Below, piece by piece: positions 25,711-40,812 of a DNA stretch of 64,000 nt (its first letter is position 1; each line of letters opens with the position of its first letter). The position numbers and the translations under genes are program-made. A model generated the notes under the pieces. It was given only the letters and a program-made list of their open reading frames with translations, was not told the DNA's origin and searched no databases. The DNA comes from Lama glama (Eukaryota): assembly GCA_028534125.1 (NCBI GenBank), contig CM052816.1, positions 55,864,001 to 55,928,000 of the forward strand, given 5' to 3'.

Positions 25711-27311
25711 ACAGAATTATAAAGGAGATGTCAGAGGCAAGGATGATCCTGCCGTAGTAAAAGTTGCAAATCTGGAATAAAATCATAGTGAAGCTTTACA
25801 GTAAGCAGAATATAAACTGTCTGTAAGTTGCTTGTTCCAAAGACAGATCCTAGGTTAGGATTTTTTTTTTTTTTTGGTAAAATAGATAAGTGGTAATGAA
25901 AGGCTTTTAAGAAGGGGGATCTTGGAGGGAAGGTTTTACTGGACCTTCTGTGGTAGTAAATTGTGGAGCTGGTGTGGAGTGAAAAGTTTTGGCCCATGAT
26001 GGACAAAACTGAGTGCATCTACAGTATGAGGCAAAACAGAAAGAAAAGTCAGCACTGAAAAATGTTTTCTTTATCTCAGTCTGTAGGTAGAAATTTAGCC
26101 GAGGCACCGATTCAGACCTTTAGTTTACTTTTATAACCATAGCATTTGCTTGTGTTGCATGTTTATATTTTATAGTTTCATGTTGATGCATTTCATAAAT
26201 AACAACAGTGGGATTGCTTATCCATATAACTGAATGGTTTTATTATGTGCATTTCCCTTGTGAGCACCAAGGTAAAACTTTATAGTGACATACTTCACAA
26301 GTCTTTGAGGACCTACGTGTCTTAAAAATGAATATATATATTGAGGATATATGAAAGGGTGTATAATGAATCGGTCCATCAGTTGTCATTTATTGAGCAA
26401 GAACTGTATATCCAGCAGTTTGAAAACCATATACAGATATGAAAGCCATGCTCCTGTCTGCAAGATCTCATCATTGTGATGGAGGAAATATAATGTATAA
26501 GACATTATACATGTTAATGCTAGTTTATGTAGCACTAAAATTCTCAAGTAATTCTGAGAAAGGAGAAATCAGTATGGATTAGCTTATTCAGAGGTTTTGT
26601 GTGTAAGATTGGTTTTATATAATAATAATAGTATTTACTGAGCTCTTACTTTATGCTGGCACTGACTTGAGCATTATACATAAGTTAACTCAGTTCAGGC
26701 AAGGAAAAGATAGCTAACTTGCTGTAGTCACCCAGCTGGGAAGAGATGGAACCTGAATGCAATCCCAGGCAGTCTGGTTCCAGAGTCCACTCCACAATTC
26801 CATCTCACGGAAAGAGAGGGATCTGGGCAGAGTACGTTGAAGGCATTTCCAGCAGGACTATTAGTACTGACAAGTGCATAAAGAGGTGGTTTTAAATCCC
26901 TTTTGTGAGTTTTTGAGAGAGTGGTGTTTTGTGTTTCTAAGATTATGTGTGAGATTTTAATAGTGTACAATGATAGTCATAAAGCCTAAAAGTGAACTTG
27001 TTACATATATGTGATTTTTAGTTGTTTTTTTGTCCTACACCTATAATTATAACAGAAGTCACTGAGAAATTATGATTCTTTGTATGGTTGGTTCTCTTAC
27101 AGTCTATTTTCCAGGAGCAGATCTGTTATGTAAATCATGATGTATTTATATAGTTAAGTTTAAACGAAGTATGATTACATTTTGAACACGAAGGGAAATG
27201 AGCATTTTTAGTTGCACTTTCTGTAGCATTTTTACCATGCATTTGTCAATTACATATTAGGGAAAAACATCTACTTTCTTGTGATGAAGTTTTTAATATT
27301 TTTATCTTTAG

Positions 27312-27399
27312 CATCAGAACATTAGTGCCATTCTACAAGATATAGAAGAAAAACAAGAAAATTTATTAGAGTTTGAAATAAGAACTCCTGAAGATGCAG
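27312..27399 (+). CDS. ANKRD31: ANKRD31 coding exon, start of coiled-coil-like block (HQNISAILQDIEEKQENLLEFEIRTPEDA)
   Basis: Acceptor tttttatctttag, donor CAG|gtaaat; 88 nt, phase 0-1. Confidence 0.9.
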
Positions 27400-30296
27400 G
27401 TAAATATGTATTCTTATTCAAGTTTGATTATTTCAATCATCCAAGATATTGATACTTCATCTTCTTAAGGTACATGTTTATTTCAGAGTTCACAGTGGCT
27501 GAAAAGTGATCTTCTTAAGTGTAAAAAGTTAAGTGCCAGGAATAATGATTAGAAATCAATGATGCAGACCAGTAGTTTCTGTCATTGTTGATGAAAATAC
27601 TTCTAGGCTCAAGGTATAGTGTGAATAATTTGAGAGACACTCAGAACCATAATCAGAGATAAGCCACTACTAGTGATATGTTTAGATCGAGATGTGACGA
27701 AAAACATAACATAGTGACTAGAGATGAGACTACATTACTCCTTGATTCCTCAGCTTCACCCAGCTAGGGTAACCCTTAAAAAGAGATCAGAAAAGGAATA
27801 TGCAGTGGTGATACAAGTAGAGTAAATTCTCAGACTTTTCAGGTGAGCAGATGTACCACGTGAATGTCTTACTGCATAGCTGTCTTCCTGTTTACAAAAC
27901 ACTAGTGATTCCAAATAGTATGTTAGACTCCTATCCCTGACCTAATAATCTTAATTTTTCAAAATTCATTGAATATTTGCAAGCTCGCAGCTATGTTTTC
28001 TTCAGGTATAATTCCCAAGGTAGAAAGTAGCTCCTCAGAGATGCAGATCTGAATGTTAAAAGTAGTTAGCTAAAAATAATTTAAAGTACCTCATCTTTTG
28101 TGTAGCGGGATACAGCTCTTAATTCTTAGCTTAACTCATGTTATATACCCTTTTAAAAAAATTATTTCTTTTTAAATTTTATGCATTCTACTCTTCATGC
28201 TGGCCTAACACATGGTACATGTTATATTTTGAGGAAAATATAGTTTGAGGAAAATAATACAAAGCAATTTACGCCCCCAAACAATATGTATAGTCTATAT
28301 ATTTTATTTAGTGTTTATAATACCTTATGCTTCTAAGATGAATTTTACAAATTTATACTTTTTTCATTATAACAGGCATATAGATACACTTCAAAAATAA
28401 TAATGAGGAAAAAATATGCTAAAATCCACCACAATATTTTGGGTTTTTTATTTCCTTTTTCTTCTAAGAACATAGTCATGTAATTATACCTCAAAATTGT
28501 TAAAAAGCTTAGTTTGGATCATGCTAGATAGGCTATTTTTACACTCTTTTTCTCATAATCATCGTTCTTAGTGGTTACATAGTATCTGTTCAGTAAGTGT
28601 TCCACGGTTTACTTAATTTTTCCCTTTTTGTTGAGCATTTATATTTTTCCAATTTTTTGCTATTTTGCTATAACACATAGCTTTTTCTCGATTTAGGATT
28701 ATCTTCTTAGAAAAAATTAACATCATTGGAATTACTGAGTCAAAAATTATAAATATTTAAAAATCTGTTGATTCATATTGATAAACTGGTTTCCTAAAGT
28801 GTAGCATAATAATTTTGTATTTCCGCGAACACACATTAGTGTTTGTTTTCCTTTGCATTTCTAATAGCATCAGTATTTTCATTTAAAATAATTTTACTAG
28901 TTTAATAAGAAAATATGTCCCATATTTTCACTTGCCTTATTGATTATTAGTGGTATTTTTTTCACTAGTTTTATTTTCTGTGTCATAAATTGACTGTTCC
29001 TGTTTGTTAATAAATTGGAGCTATTTTATGCAGTCAAGTTTTTGACACCTTTTCTGCTGTAACTGCTACAGATTCTTTTTTTTTCACTTAACTGTCTTTT
29101 TATTTGTAACATGTTAGTGTGTGCTTAAATACAGAAGTTCTCAAATTCTATAGAGTAAAGTGTACCACCCTCTTTGCTATTTAGTTTAACGTTTCTAAGC
29201 CCAACCCCAGGCTTTGTAACTTACTCTAACCGCAGTTCTGTTACAACCATGATTATCTAATTATTCTAATCATGATCTCTTTTTTGGGTCTCACTGCCCC
29301 GTTAGAGGAGGAGAGGTAAGACAGTGGGGCTCTAGAGTTCTTGGCGGGTGATCAAGTCCTGACTGGTTGGCTCCATCACTCTTGTACAGTTGTTTGAGTT
29401 GTTTCAAAGCAAAATTTCTGAGGCTCTTCTGAAACTTCTACATGGTTCCTGTGATGTGATAGTGCACATTTTTCTTTCCGTGGCCCCTCTGAGTCTTCTC
29501 TCAGCTTCTTTTTTTTTTCTTCTGGTGGTCCAACTTACACAGATCTCTCACCCTCAGATACAAGCCCTCATGAGGCAGGACCACAGGGCAGGCTCCACAC
29601 CATCTTCAAGATCCTGGCACTTTGGACCCACTATTGGAAGAAAAGGGGACAGTTAATTCCTATAACAACAGCAGCTTTGTCTTTGCCCTGCTGTGGAAGC
29701 TCTCTGCTCTTCAGGCTCTCAGCCTCTAAATGTTCAAGGAGGAAGTCAGAAATGAGTCCATTATCACCTCAACAGAGAGTTATTACACTCTCAATAGCCC
29801 TTTGAGAAACAACCCTTTATGCTTGAGGTAAAGGGGTGAAACCCCCTCACCTCTCACTTTTACTGCTCAGGATGAAGATTCCCACCCAGTGAAGCTACAG
29901 CTATCTAAAGAAATAGCTTTACAAATTCCCCACCTCCATATTCTGACACCTTTCGTATCTTTATCTGGTTGAGGGATCTCACAGATAAGGGAGCTGACAA
30001 GAGAGGTCACATGACTTATCCAGGTTCACAAAGCTTAGTCAGTGGTGTGGCAGGATTAGAACTCAGGCTGGTCTGCTCCTTCTTGGTACAGTGTTCTTGC
30101 CTATACGCTTCAGGGTACTTCCATAGAGTGACTTAATTCCATCAGCCTTGATTTATGTATTTGGGCTCTTGATATTGGGGAAGAGGATAGGGAAATAATT
30201 GCTTTTAAAATTAACAGTAAGGCTAAGTCCTGCGTGACCAAATTTAGCATTTGTTGTCTCTCAATTAACTGACTTATTTTATTACCATGTTTCTAG

Positions 30297-30393
30297 AACA
30301 ATACATTGGTAAGATGTTAGAGGTCAAGGAAGTTATGGACAATGTGCTTGCCAAGCAGAAGGCTGAAAGGGATGATCTAGCTAAAAAATACAG
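30297..30393 (+). CDS. ANKRD31: ANKRD31 coding exon, coiled-coil-like (EQYIGKMLEVKEVMDNVLAKQKAERDDLAKKYR)
   Basis: Acceptor atgtttctag, consensus donor CAG|gtgagt; 97 nt, phase 1-2. Confidence 0.9.
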
Positions 30394-30934
30394 GTGAGTG
30401 AAAAAAAAATAGGAATGCTTTAGAGTTTTCAGAATTTATCTATTTTTATCTACTATAATAGGCCTAGAATTTCTTAAGAATACAAATGTTGCTTCGGACC
30501 GAAAAAGGACTTTATGAGGTCATCTACTCTATTACCTCCATGGGGAATTGTACTTCCCAGAGAAATATTTTTCTACTTTATTACTTGAAATGTTCAGAAA
30601 AGTACTTTTTAGTATCTTAAAAAGTTGTAAACAGCCATGAACTTTATGAAAGCCTATCTGGTCATGAATCCCATGAGAAAATTTCTTTCCTTAGTAAACT
30701 CATATTTTTTACATTCAAAGTTTTTCCTTTTGCTGTCACAGATGTTGTTCTTTTAAGCAGTTTAATCATGTGTATTTTGTGGTTGTGTGTACTTCTGAAC
30801 TCTGAGGGTCCTTAAAGAGTTTTATCCTGATTATATTGGTTATATACCTCTTATCATCCTTGTTTTGAGAAAGATGTTAGATATGTTTTTCTTGTTTGGG
30901 CATTGTTTTTTAATTAGTTTTTCATAGACTTAGC

Positions 30935-31340
30935 TACATATGCTCCTTATTTTTTTCTTTTTTCCTGTGATGAGAACTTTTAAGGTCTACTCTCTTAGCA
31001 ACTTCCAAATATACAATATAGAATTATCAACTGTGGTCACCATGCTATATAATACATCCCTAAGACTTATTTATTTTATAACTAGATGTTTGTACCTTTT
31101 GATTACCTTCACCCATTTCACCCACCTCCCAACCCCACCTTGCCAACCACCGATTTGTTCTCTCTGTCTATGACTTTTTGTTTTTGTTTTAGATTCCAAA
31201 CATAAGTGAAATCATACAATATATTTCTTTCTTTGTCTGACATATTTCACTTAGCCTAATGCCCTCACGATCTATCTGTGTTATCACAAATGGCAGGATT
31301 TCCTTCTTTTTTACAACTGATTAGTATTCCATGTTTTATG
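30935..31340 (-). mobile_element. L1 3'-end fragment
   Basis: gtgatgagaacttttaaggtctactctcttagcaacttccaaatatacaat..agattccaaacataagtgaaatcatac. Confidence 0.8.
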
Positions 31341-31640
31341 TGTATGTTCTTATTAATATTGCTATTAGACTTTACATCTTATAAAGAGAATTTTTATTTT
31401 CTGTCTGAACTCTTTATTTTGCATAGTTTTAAGTGTGATACTGATTTTTTTCTTTTTTCTCCTGTATCCAGCATCTTGCATTTTATACTACCAGTTGTTT
31501 GCTAATCTGATTTCTTCTTTAGCTTCTTCTAGTTATAGCTACTCCTCGCTTTAACATCCAGTCTGCTTGGAGTTCAGTACCAGCAGCTCTAAACTATGTT
31601 AGGAGAGAGGCAGATATCTGTACTATTGCTTTCCCTCAAA

Positions 31641-31988
31641 ACAGCTGCTCTCAGAGAATGGTTCCTGAGACCATTTCAATAGGTCCATGAAATCAAAACT
31701 GTTTTTATAATAATGTTAAGATGTTATTTGCCTTTTTCGCTCTCATTTTCTCATGACGGTACAATGGAATTTTCTAGTGGCCACATGGTGTGTGATGATA
31801 ATCATCACTCTCATAGCTAATGAAATATGCACACTTGTGTATTCTTGTGTTTTAAATGTTTCTCCATTTTATTTTCTAAAACAGTAAGTATTGATAGATA
31901 TAACCCATATAAAAAAAGGATCTTTGGTTTCTCAGTAACTTTTAAGAGTATAAAAGAGTTCTGAGACCAAAAAGTTTGAGAGCCACTG
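31641..31988. mobile_element. hAT-Charlie (Charlie1-like) deletion derivative
   Basis: Terminal inverted repeats cagctgctctca / tgagagccactg, plus Charlie1-like internal sequence (ttctgagaccaaaaagtttgag). Confidence 0.7.
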
Positions 31989-32703
31989 GAAGCAGTGTCC
32001 AAATCCTGAAGGTCAGTGTGGAATAGGTGGCTATAACCAAAAGACAGATAGGGACGAGCCATTTCCTCCCATTCAGGGACTTGATTTGGGGAAGGCACAC
32101 AGGCTAATGCTTGTCTGGGGAGTCCCTCTGATGTCAGAGTACCTCAGTACGGATTCAGAGTACAATTTCAATGATTACTTGATGAATTGAAATTTCTCAG
32201 GTCTAGCTAATGTATAATTATTCACAAAACAATCTCACTCCTCCATTGCTAAGGGAATTTGAATGGAATTTACTGCCAAATTTTACTTCCTGATACACAA
32301 TTTCACTATAAACAGGTAAGCAAATTCCCAATTTAAAGAGTTTTGTTCCTCCTTAACCATCAATTGGTACTTTCTAACTGAAGGACTGGTAGGTATCTAG
32401 ATAAACAACCCAAGTTTAATTTCCCTTTTAGGGTTGACTCACAGCTGATACATAATGTTATAAATATAAGTGTGGATAACCACACTGTCATCTCCTAAAA
32501 AAAGGCAAACTCACTTACCTCAAGTAAAGAGTCAGTTTCCTCTCAAAGAATATACATCACAAAGATAGACTGTTGTGTACTTCGAGCTGACTAAATTTAA
32601 ATTGAGATGGCATATCTATGCATAGCTACAAAATCTAAATGGTTGCTGAAAAAAAGTTTTCTACTGTTTTTGTGTTTTTTCCTCTTTCTGTTTCTTCCTG
32701 TAG

Positions 32704-33703
32704 GGTGTCCATGGAGTCATTTAAGCAAGGAGTCCTGAGAGAACAACTGGTCAACTTGGCCACAAGACAGAAGAGCCTTTTAACTGTAACAAAAAACCAG
32801 AAAAAAATAAGGGAGAAAATTCACAACTATAAGAATGTTACACCTTTGTCTGGTCTTAGTTTCAAGAAGCTGCCATCCAGCTCAGAAATGTCTAATGGAA
32901 AAAGCAGGCAAGAGTTTACCAGTCTGGAAACTTCAGTGCAGCCCCAGTCAGGTTCACTTTCTCCTGTCAGCCTTGTTTATGGAAGCATGCAGGAGACACA
33001 GTTGTCTTCGGAAATCTGGCATGACAGCCAGAACACCAACACTTGTCTAAATTCAAAGAGAATGAGAAGGGAAGGATTTTCTGGAAATGAGCTAAATTCT
33101 AAGCGAAACATCAGTGACTATACCTTGGACAGATTATCAAAATCCAGACATTCAGATGGCACTAAGAAGATTAAATTACCATCCCAATCTGTTACTTTTA
33201 TTACTCAAGCAGAATATTCACAAAAAGAAAATGATCTTACAGATATGGCAGCCAAAGAGCATGCATCCTTTAGACCTTCAGCAGTAACTGGCGCATTAAA
33301 TATTTCAGAAACCACAAGTGTACTTTCCCACAATGAGCCCTATCCATCAGCTGTTCTTTGTAATCAGGCTTTTTCCAGTTGTGATCCAAAAAGAGACAAC
33401 AGGAAAACAGCTTCCCAGCAACCACCTAGGGGGGCATCAGAATCCCTGGCACATCGAGAGATTCATGTCTTTGGCAGTAATACTGGGCATCAGATGAAAC
33501 CGTATCTTAAAAAATCAGCTGTTGCTGTTCCACATGCAAATGACAGTCAGAGCTCTTCCTCCTCTGAGTCTAGCCGTCAACATACTATTAAAAAACCTTT
33601 AAACTACAGTACAGCCCCTAAAAAGAAATGCATGCAGATAAAGGATCTGATATTGCTAGGAAGAATTAATCCAGGAAATAACATTCTGGAATTTAAAACA
33701 CAG
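32704..33703 (+). CDS. ANKRD31: ANKRD31 large coding exon (1000 nt; VSMESFKQGVLREQL...MQIKDLILLGRINPGNNILEFKTQ)
   Basis: Lies within the 363-aa ORF 32639-33730; acceptor tttcttcctgtag, donor CAG|gtattt; phase 2-0. Confidence 0.93.
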
Positions 33704-34649
33704 GTATTTTTTTTCTCTAAAATTATATAAATTGTATAAATAAGTGAGTAAATGTTGCTGTCACAGTGTCAGCATTTAGCTCTGCTTAGGGAAATAGGGT
33801 TTGACTAGGCTTCTTGGACAGAAAGACACAGCCATTGTATTCTTAGTAAGTGAAATCATGCTTCTAAAATTGCCCTGTGCACTTCAGTCACAAGCATCTT
33901 TGGGCTTTCAGAACAGAATTAGTCAATTATACTGCAGCAGGAAGGGTTTAAGAACAAAATAAAAACAATAAATTGGAGCTGTCTTTGGCTCCAAAGTTTT
34001 GGGAACTACCAGTGTACTGCTAAAGCTTCCCCTAATAAGGGTTTAAGTATAAACTCATCTTCCACAGAAGCTCAATTTAGAAACAAAAAGTGACTTGAAA
34101 TTTGGGTGAATCTGACTCAGTGAAAACAATATCACATATGCATAAAAGGAGATGAGGAATAAAAAGTTCTACTAGAAATGCCTGCAAAAGAGGCTTCCTT
34201 TCCCTTTCCCCCACATTCACTTTTTGAAAGAGGAGGTAACAGTGAGAAAGATTGCAGAGTCCTGGAATGCTGCTTTGCTGATGGACCAATCCAACAGAAA
34301 CCAGTCCAGGCTAGTTGGAATTTAATCTGAATGACCCATTTCCACAACCTTTCCCACCCCTCGACAGTAGGCTTTTTCTAGTTAATAAACTTTATTTATA
34401 AGTTAGGAGAAAAAAACATTCACTTTTAAAGCTCCAAACTATAAAGCCTGGATTAGTAGCTTAATCTCAGATCCTTTATGTTCCTGTTAGTTTGCCTGTC
34501 AGTCAATTTATTCCTAAGTATGCCTGCCTCACATTAGCCAAAGCAACTCAAATTTCCTTTAGTATTTAGTTACATTAACTCAAATTTTGACAGTTGTGGT
34601 TACTTCTCTAGATCAGCAATAATAAAGTTTTAATATAATTTTCATATAT

Positions 34650-37600
34650 TAGCTGTTTTAACAGCTTTATTGAGATATAATTAATGCACAATGCACTGCA
34701 CATATTTAAAGTGTATAATTTGACAAGTTTTGACACCTGTGAAACCATGACCACAGATAAAATAATGAGCATATCTGTTACCCCCAAAAGTTTCTTTGTG
34801 CCATTTTGTATATGTCCTTCATACCTCTTCTGTCTCATGCTGATCTTTAGACAATTAATGGTCTGCTTTCTTTCCCTGTAGATTAGTTTACATTCCCAAG
34901 AATTCTTTATAAGTAAAATTGCATTTATTTTTGTCTGGCTTCTTTCTCAGAGCATAGTTATTTAAGATTCATCCTTGTTGTAGCATGTATCAATAGTTCA
35001 TTCCTTTTTTATTGCTGAGTAGTAGTCCATAGTATGCATATATTATAGTTTATCACTTTATCCTTGATAGATAATTCAGATTGTTTCCAGTTGTTGACTA
35101 TTACAAATAAAGCTACTGTGAACATTGTTGTACAAGTTTTGGTCTGACATAGGCTTTCACTTTTCTTGAGTAAAGTACCTAGGTCTCTTGAGTGACTGGA
35201 TCATATATGGTAAGTATATATTTAACTGTTTAAGAAACTACCAGAATTGTTTGTAACATTTCACATTCCTACCAGCTGTATATAAGAGGTCTAGTTCCTC
35301 CACATTCTTGAGTTAGCCAATATTTAGTATGATTAATCTTTTAATTTTAGTCATGTTAACATAAAGTGTAGCTGTATGTATGTATGTAATATGTGCATAT
35401 GTTCAGTGGTTTATCATTGTGGTTTTAATTTACATTTCATAATGATTAATTATGTTGAACATCTTTCCATGTGTTATTTGCCATCCATATTTATTATTTG
35501 GTTAAGTGTCTGTTCAGGTCTTTTGTCCATTTTTTTTATTGGTTGCTTGTTTTCTTATTACTGATTTTTTGAGAGTTTTAAAAAAAATACGTATTTTGGT
35601 TATAAGTCCTCTATCAAATAGATACTTTGCCAATACTTTCTCCTGGTCTATGCCTTTTCTTTTCATTCTCTTAACATTGTCTTATAAAGAACAGAAGTCT
35701 AAAGTTTTGATATAATCCAGTTTATCAATTTGTTCTATCATTGATTATATTTTTAGTATCCTGTCTAAGGATTCTTTTGTCTAATGCAAGGTCAAGTCTA
35801 GAATATTTACATTCAGTATGACCTATAGTTAGCTTGAATCTTCCATGTGATACTTATTTTCTGTTACTCTTACCTCTTCTTTGTTCATTTTTTCACCTTT
35901 TTATGCTTTATCCCTTTTGTTCATTTAATAGCTATAACTTTTTATTTTAGTTGTGCCTTTAGAGTTTATAGTATATATTTTTAACTTCTCACAATCTACC
36001 TTAAGTGCTATTTTACCACTTCATGTCTACTTTAAGTACCTCAAAATAGTATACTTCTATTTCTCTACTTCTGACTTTTCTGTTTTCTCGTATTTTACTT
36101 TTACATAATGTTATGAACTCCATACTACATTATTATATTTTTAAGCAATAAGTTATCTTTTAATGAGATTTAAATAGTAAGGGAAATTATCTCTCCCATG
36201 TAACTACTATTTCTGTGCTTTTCTTTCCTTTGTGTAGATCCTGATTTCTATTTGCTCTAACTTCCTTCTGCCTGGAGGACTATCTTTAATATATCTTGTC
36301 TTGGAGATCTGCTGCTAATAAATCCTTTTGACTTTTGCATGTCTGAAAAAAGTTTATCTCACCTGATTTTTGAAATATATTTTTGCTAGGTGTAGGATTC
36401 TAGGTTGGAATTTTTTTCCTTTCAGCACTTTAAAGATACAGCTCCCTTGTTTTCTTGCTTATGTTGTTTCCCGCAAGAAACATTGTTATTCTTAACTGTT
36501 CCTCAGTAATAAGTCTTTTTTCCCTTTCTGTCTGCCTTCAAGTTTCTCTATCTCTGGTTTTAAGTAATTTTGATTATAATGAGCATTGGTTTAATTTTTT
36601 GTGTTTCTTATGCTCGGGGTTTGTTGAACTTCTTGAGTCTCTGGTTTTATTATTTCCTCAATTTTGGAAAAAATTCAGCCATTATTCAAATATTTTTTCT
36701 TCCCTTTCCCGATTTTGAATTCCAATTTCACACAGATTAGATTGCTTAAAGTCATTCCACAGTTCACTTATAATGATCTGTTAATTTTTAAATTATCTTT
36801 TCTCTGTGTTTTTTCATGCAGTTCCTTTTGCTGTGTCTTTGAAATCACTAATCTTTTGGTTTGCAATGTCTAATCTATTGTTAATCCCATTCAGTGTATT
36901 TTTCATTTCATACATTGTAATTTCTATCTCTGGAAGTTGGAGTCTTTTTAATATCTTCCATGTCTCCACATATCTCCTGGAACATGTGAAATATGATTAT
37001 AATAACTGCTTAATGTCCTTATCTGCTAATTCTAACATCTTTGTCCATCTTCAGTCATTTTCAATTGGTTACTTTATCTCCTCCATATGGATTGTATTTA
37101 TCTACTTCTTTCTAGGCTTGTTAATTTTTTATTAGATCCCATACATTTATCTTGTTGGGTGCTGGATATTTTTGTATTTTTAAAAATATTTTGGAGATTT
37201 TTTCTAGAATGTAGTTAAGTTACGTGGAAACAATTTGATCCTTTTGGGTCTTGATTTTACAATTTGCTAGGATTGGAGCAGTGGTCAGTCTAGAACTGAC
37301 TATTTCCCACTACAGAGGCAAGACTCTTCCATGTACCAACCAATGCCCCATCAGTTTTGAGGTTTTTCTAGTCTTACTGTTGGGAACAGGCTCTGTTTCT
37401 GCCCTCTAAGATTCCCAGAAAATGCCATTCTCTCTGATTTTTTCAGGTACCTCTGATTTTTTTCAGGTGTTCTTTTCCCAGCCTTACGTAATTTCCTCAC
37501 ACACACACACACACACACACACACGGCCCAACACAACTCAGCTGAATACTTAAAGAGGACCCTCTGAAGATCTACAGGGCTCTCTCTCTCTTTCTAATTT

Positions 37601-37915
37601 TCTGTCTTCAGTACTCTGTCCTGCAGACTCCAGCCATCGTGCCTGTGTCTACTCAACTCAGGGAATCCACGGGCTGTGCCTGGAGTCCGTCTCCCTGCAC
37701 TGTGACCTGAAGACTCTCTCAAGGCAGTGAGCTGGGTCAGTTGTAGGGCTCACTGCATTAGTTTCTCACTTCTCAGGGTCACTGTACTTTGTTTCCAGAT
37801 GTTTGGTAGATTGGAAACCATTGTTTCATATTTTTATTTTTGTCTGGTTTTTGGTTGTATTGGGTATTTATTAGGGTAAATCTGGTCCCTGTTAGTTCAT
37901 GATGGACAGAAGCAG
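34650..37915 (-). mobile_element. Old antisense L1 block: 3' end (34650-35790) joined to ORF1/5' remnants (35790-37915)
   Basis: acagctttattgagatataatt.. L1 3' terminus, T-rich antisense ORF1-like sequence and a (CA)n at ~37498-37523; most of ORF2 is absent. Confidence 0.75.
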
Positions 37916-37975
37916 AAGTTCACATATTTCAGATATTTTTTAATCTTAATTTTTGTTTTATTTTTTTTACCTCAG

Positions 37976-38116
37976 GAGACTACCCACAAAGCCAGTGTTT
38001 TATTGAGTGGCAAAATTAAGGTAGAAAGTGGTCAGATTTATCAAAACCCAGTCACCTGGCTCAAGGATGTTCTAGGAGGTGACAGTTACGTGACCTGGAA
38101 TTATGCTTGGAGTAAG
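37976..38116 (+). CDS. ANKRD31: ANKRD31 exon, core of RAMA-like domain (ETTHKASVLLSGKIKVESGQIYQNPVTWLKDVLGGDSYVTWNYAWSK)
   Basis: Long T-rich acceptor ending acctcag, donor AAG|gtgggt; 141 nt, phase 0-0; G-x-I...P-x-x-W...W pattern. Confidence 0.92.
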
Positions 38117-40596
38117 GTGGGTCATTCTTAAGTTTATCTTTAACTTCATATTCAGATAGAAAGGTACATATTTTTTTGATGAGAAAACTATTTCCTTTTT
38201 TTAGTTTCGTCCTCATGCATTCCTTCTGCAGCATGCTATGTGCTTTCTCCTACAACTCCTATTTGCCAGAATTCCCCACAGCGGGGTTGCACAACTGACT
38301 GAGAATCTTCTTCCTTGTTCCTCACCTAGTCTCAGAAATTTGAATGCCCCTTATCTTCCCCTTCTGCCCCCGGCACCACACCACACCCCTACAAGGAATT
38401 TAGGTCCTTGTGACTCCACATAGAAAATTTGGGACCACTAGTGTATTGATAATTTAGTTGATATGGTATTAGTATTCTAAAAAAATAAAGCAAAATCTTC
38501 CCCTAAAGACAAAAGTAATGATCATGGGACTAAGACCCCCATGGTGCACTTTTATGTTTGAGCTAAGTCTTTTCCATGAATTGCTAGCCCCCCAAAAAGA
38601 AATATTTCTTTTAATTCAGACTTCCCAGACTTAGTCTCCCCTCAGTTCTGTCTTCTGAGTTATAAGCCCAGTTTAACCACCAGTTTGAGGAGTATTGATT
38701 ACTGACACCCTTGAGGTCCTTGAGGCCTCTGGATGCCCATGGCACCACTTCAGGGAACAATCTTGGAGTGATTCACCCAGGAAAGTGTGAATCATCAGAC
38801 AGTCAACATTACTGTTTCACGGAATTGCAAATACCTTCAACCTCCACTCGCCATTACAGTAAACCTTAGTGTGCCAGTAATAGAAGGCATTTCCTCTCTC
38901 ATTCTTTGTCCAGCTCAGCTGTACCCACCATCCTTCCTAGCTCCTGTTCTCGGTCTTTGTCCCTAAATTCTACATTCTAGCCTTCTAGACCTCCGTGACC
39001 GGTGCTTCCAGAACTTTGTTTCATTTCCTTCACTTATATGAGCACATTTTAAATTTTCTCTGCTTTATAGTCTCTCTGTCTGCCTTTTTCCCCCTAAAGT
39101 TTTAGTTTTTTGTTTCCCAGCACTGGAGTCACTAGGCCATCTGCTTTCAATTCAACCTGTGTAATCCTTTCTATGGATTCATAAATCATTATTGCATGTT
39201 AATAATTAACATTTTACCCATGGAAATCCCATTTTATTATAAAGTTTCTTAAATGTATGATAGATTGTATCATTTTGCTGAAACTGAATCTATGCTTACA
39301 GCACGAATATGGTACTAATGGCTGCAGCTTGGGTTCTTTTGAGCTTGGTATGCCTGTGCCCAGTGATGACTCAGTCCTCCCACTTTTTTTCTCTGTTGGA
39401 ACTACTGCATCTTCTGCTTTTGAATAGCTGGCTGTGACATCATTTGGCCCTCACTCTGTACTTATATGTCTCATTTGCATATCACATTGCCTCTAGTCCT
39501 TTCTCATCAGCCATGTCAATTAGTCATATTGTTTAACACCTATGTGATGGTGAAGCCAAATGCAAATGTGGTCACTAAAATTAGGGCAGTTCTTTGATAT
39601 AAGATATACAGACTATCTGAGCAAGCTTAGATTTTTAAAAAATTATCCTAAAAATGGAAATGGGTTTTCAGATTACTGTAGGGCACTCGTGTACTTCTAG
39701 TAAATACCCCAGGCTAAGAAACACTGCCCCAGCGAGTTTGTTTACAATTTTTAAAAGCCGCTTTTAAAATTTATCACAGTAATCTCTGCCTCCTCTTGTC
39801 GTGAGGTAACTTCTGAATTCAGGTCACATCTTGATGATAGGAGCTTCTTACTACCTTGGTAAATGTGAGCATTTCTACTAGTTAGTTCTGAGAAGGATGA
39901 TGGGGCTTTAGATCCGGGACTGGGTGGTTGTCAGACAAGAAATGCCAAACAACTAGGTCTTGTCCTGCATCAGACAGAGTGACAGAGCCACTAGACACAG
40001 AGATGACTCATATTTCCTACCCAAGCAGCTGGGCAGCTGTACAGCTCTGCCAGGGGAATCCTCATGCTTACTCCACTGGGCATCATGCCTCTTGCTGCTG
40101 CAGTCTCCTGAAGTGACCTAGTACCTGTTCATTTTGAGATCTGTTCATTATTATCCATGTGCGTTAAATCACTCCTATCTTATGGAAAATAGATTTTTAA
40201 TTTAGTGGATTTCCTTTAAGCTGTGTTCTTTATATGTGTGAATTATCCCTCGTGATGTGTTTAGGATCTGTGGGGATTCATGACACCTAACGCAACTAAT
40301 GTAAAATTTTACTACTTGATATTACCCAGCAAATGCACGGATTGCTAAGCTCGGACCTTTTGGACTGATAAACAATAGCTAAGTTCACAAACAAACCAAG
40401 AAAAACAAAAAAACTTTGATATATAGACCTGAAATGCTGTTAACCTAACCAGTTATGTATCTTATTTCTTGAAAAGTATCGTTACTTTTATGGTGTAATT
40501 TTATTAATGCAACATTAATTTTTTTTAAGTTATAAAGTAGCAGGTGCTGAATTAAGTTACTGAATAAGTGAATGGCTGAGAGAATTAGTGATATAC

Positions 40597-40812
40597 AACA
40601 AGGATCAATTCTTTTTTCTATAAAGGATCAGATAATAAATGTTTCAGGCTTCATGGGCATATAGTCTCTGTCAAAGCTACTGAATCCTATTTAGCATAAA
40701 AGCAGTTATAGATATTGAGTAAATGAATGGGTATCACCGTGTTATAGTAAAACTTTTTTACAAAAAATGTGACAGCCCAGATTTGGCTGTGGGCTATAGT
40801 TTGCCCATCCAT
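40597..40812. mobile_element. MER58A-like hAT MITE
   Basis: Aligns by eye with 16982-17207. Confidence 0.7.

Noticed and set aside
39749..39769. Perfect inverted repeat ttttaaaagc-c-gcttttaaaa
   Set aside because: Short, low-complexity AT arms expected by chance in AT-rich introns.
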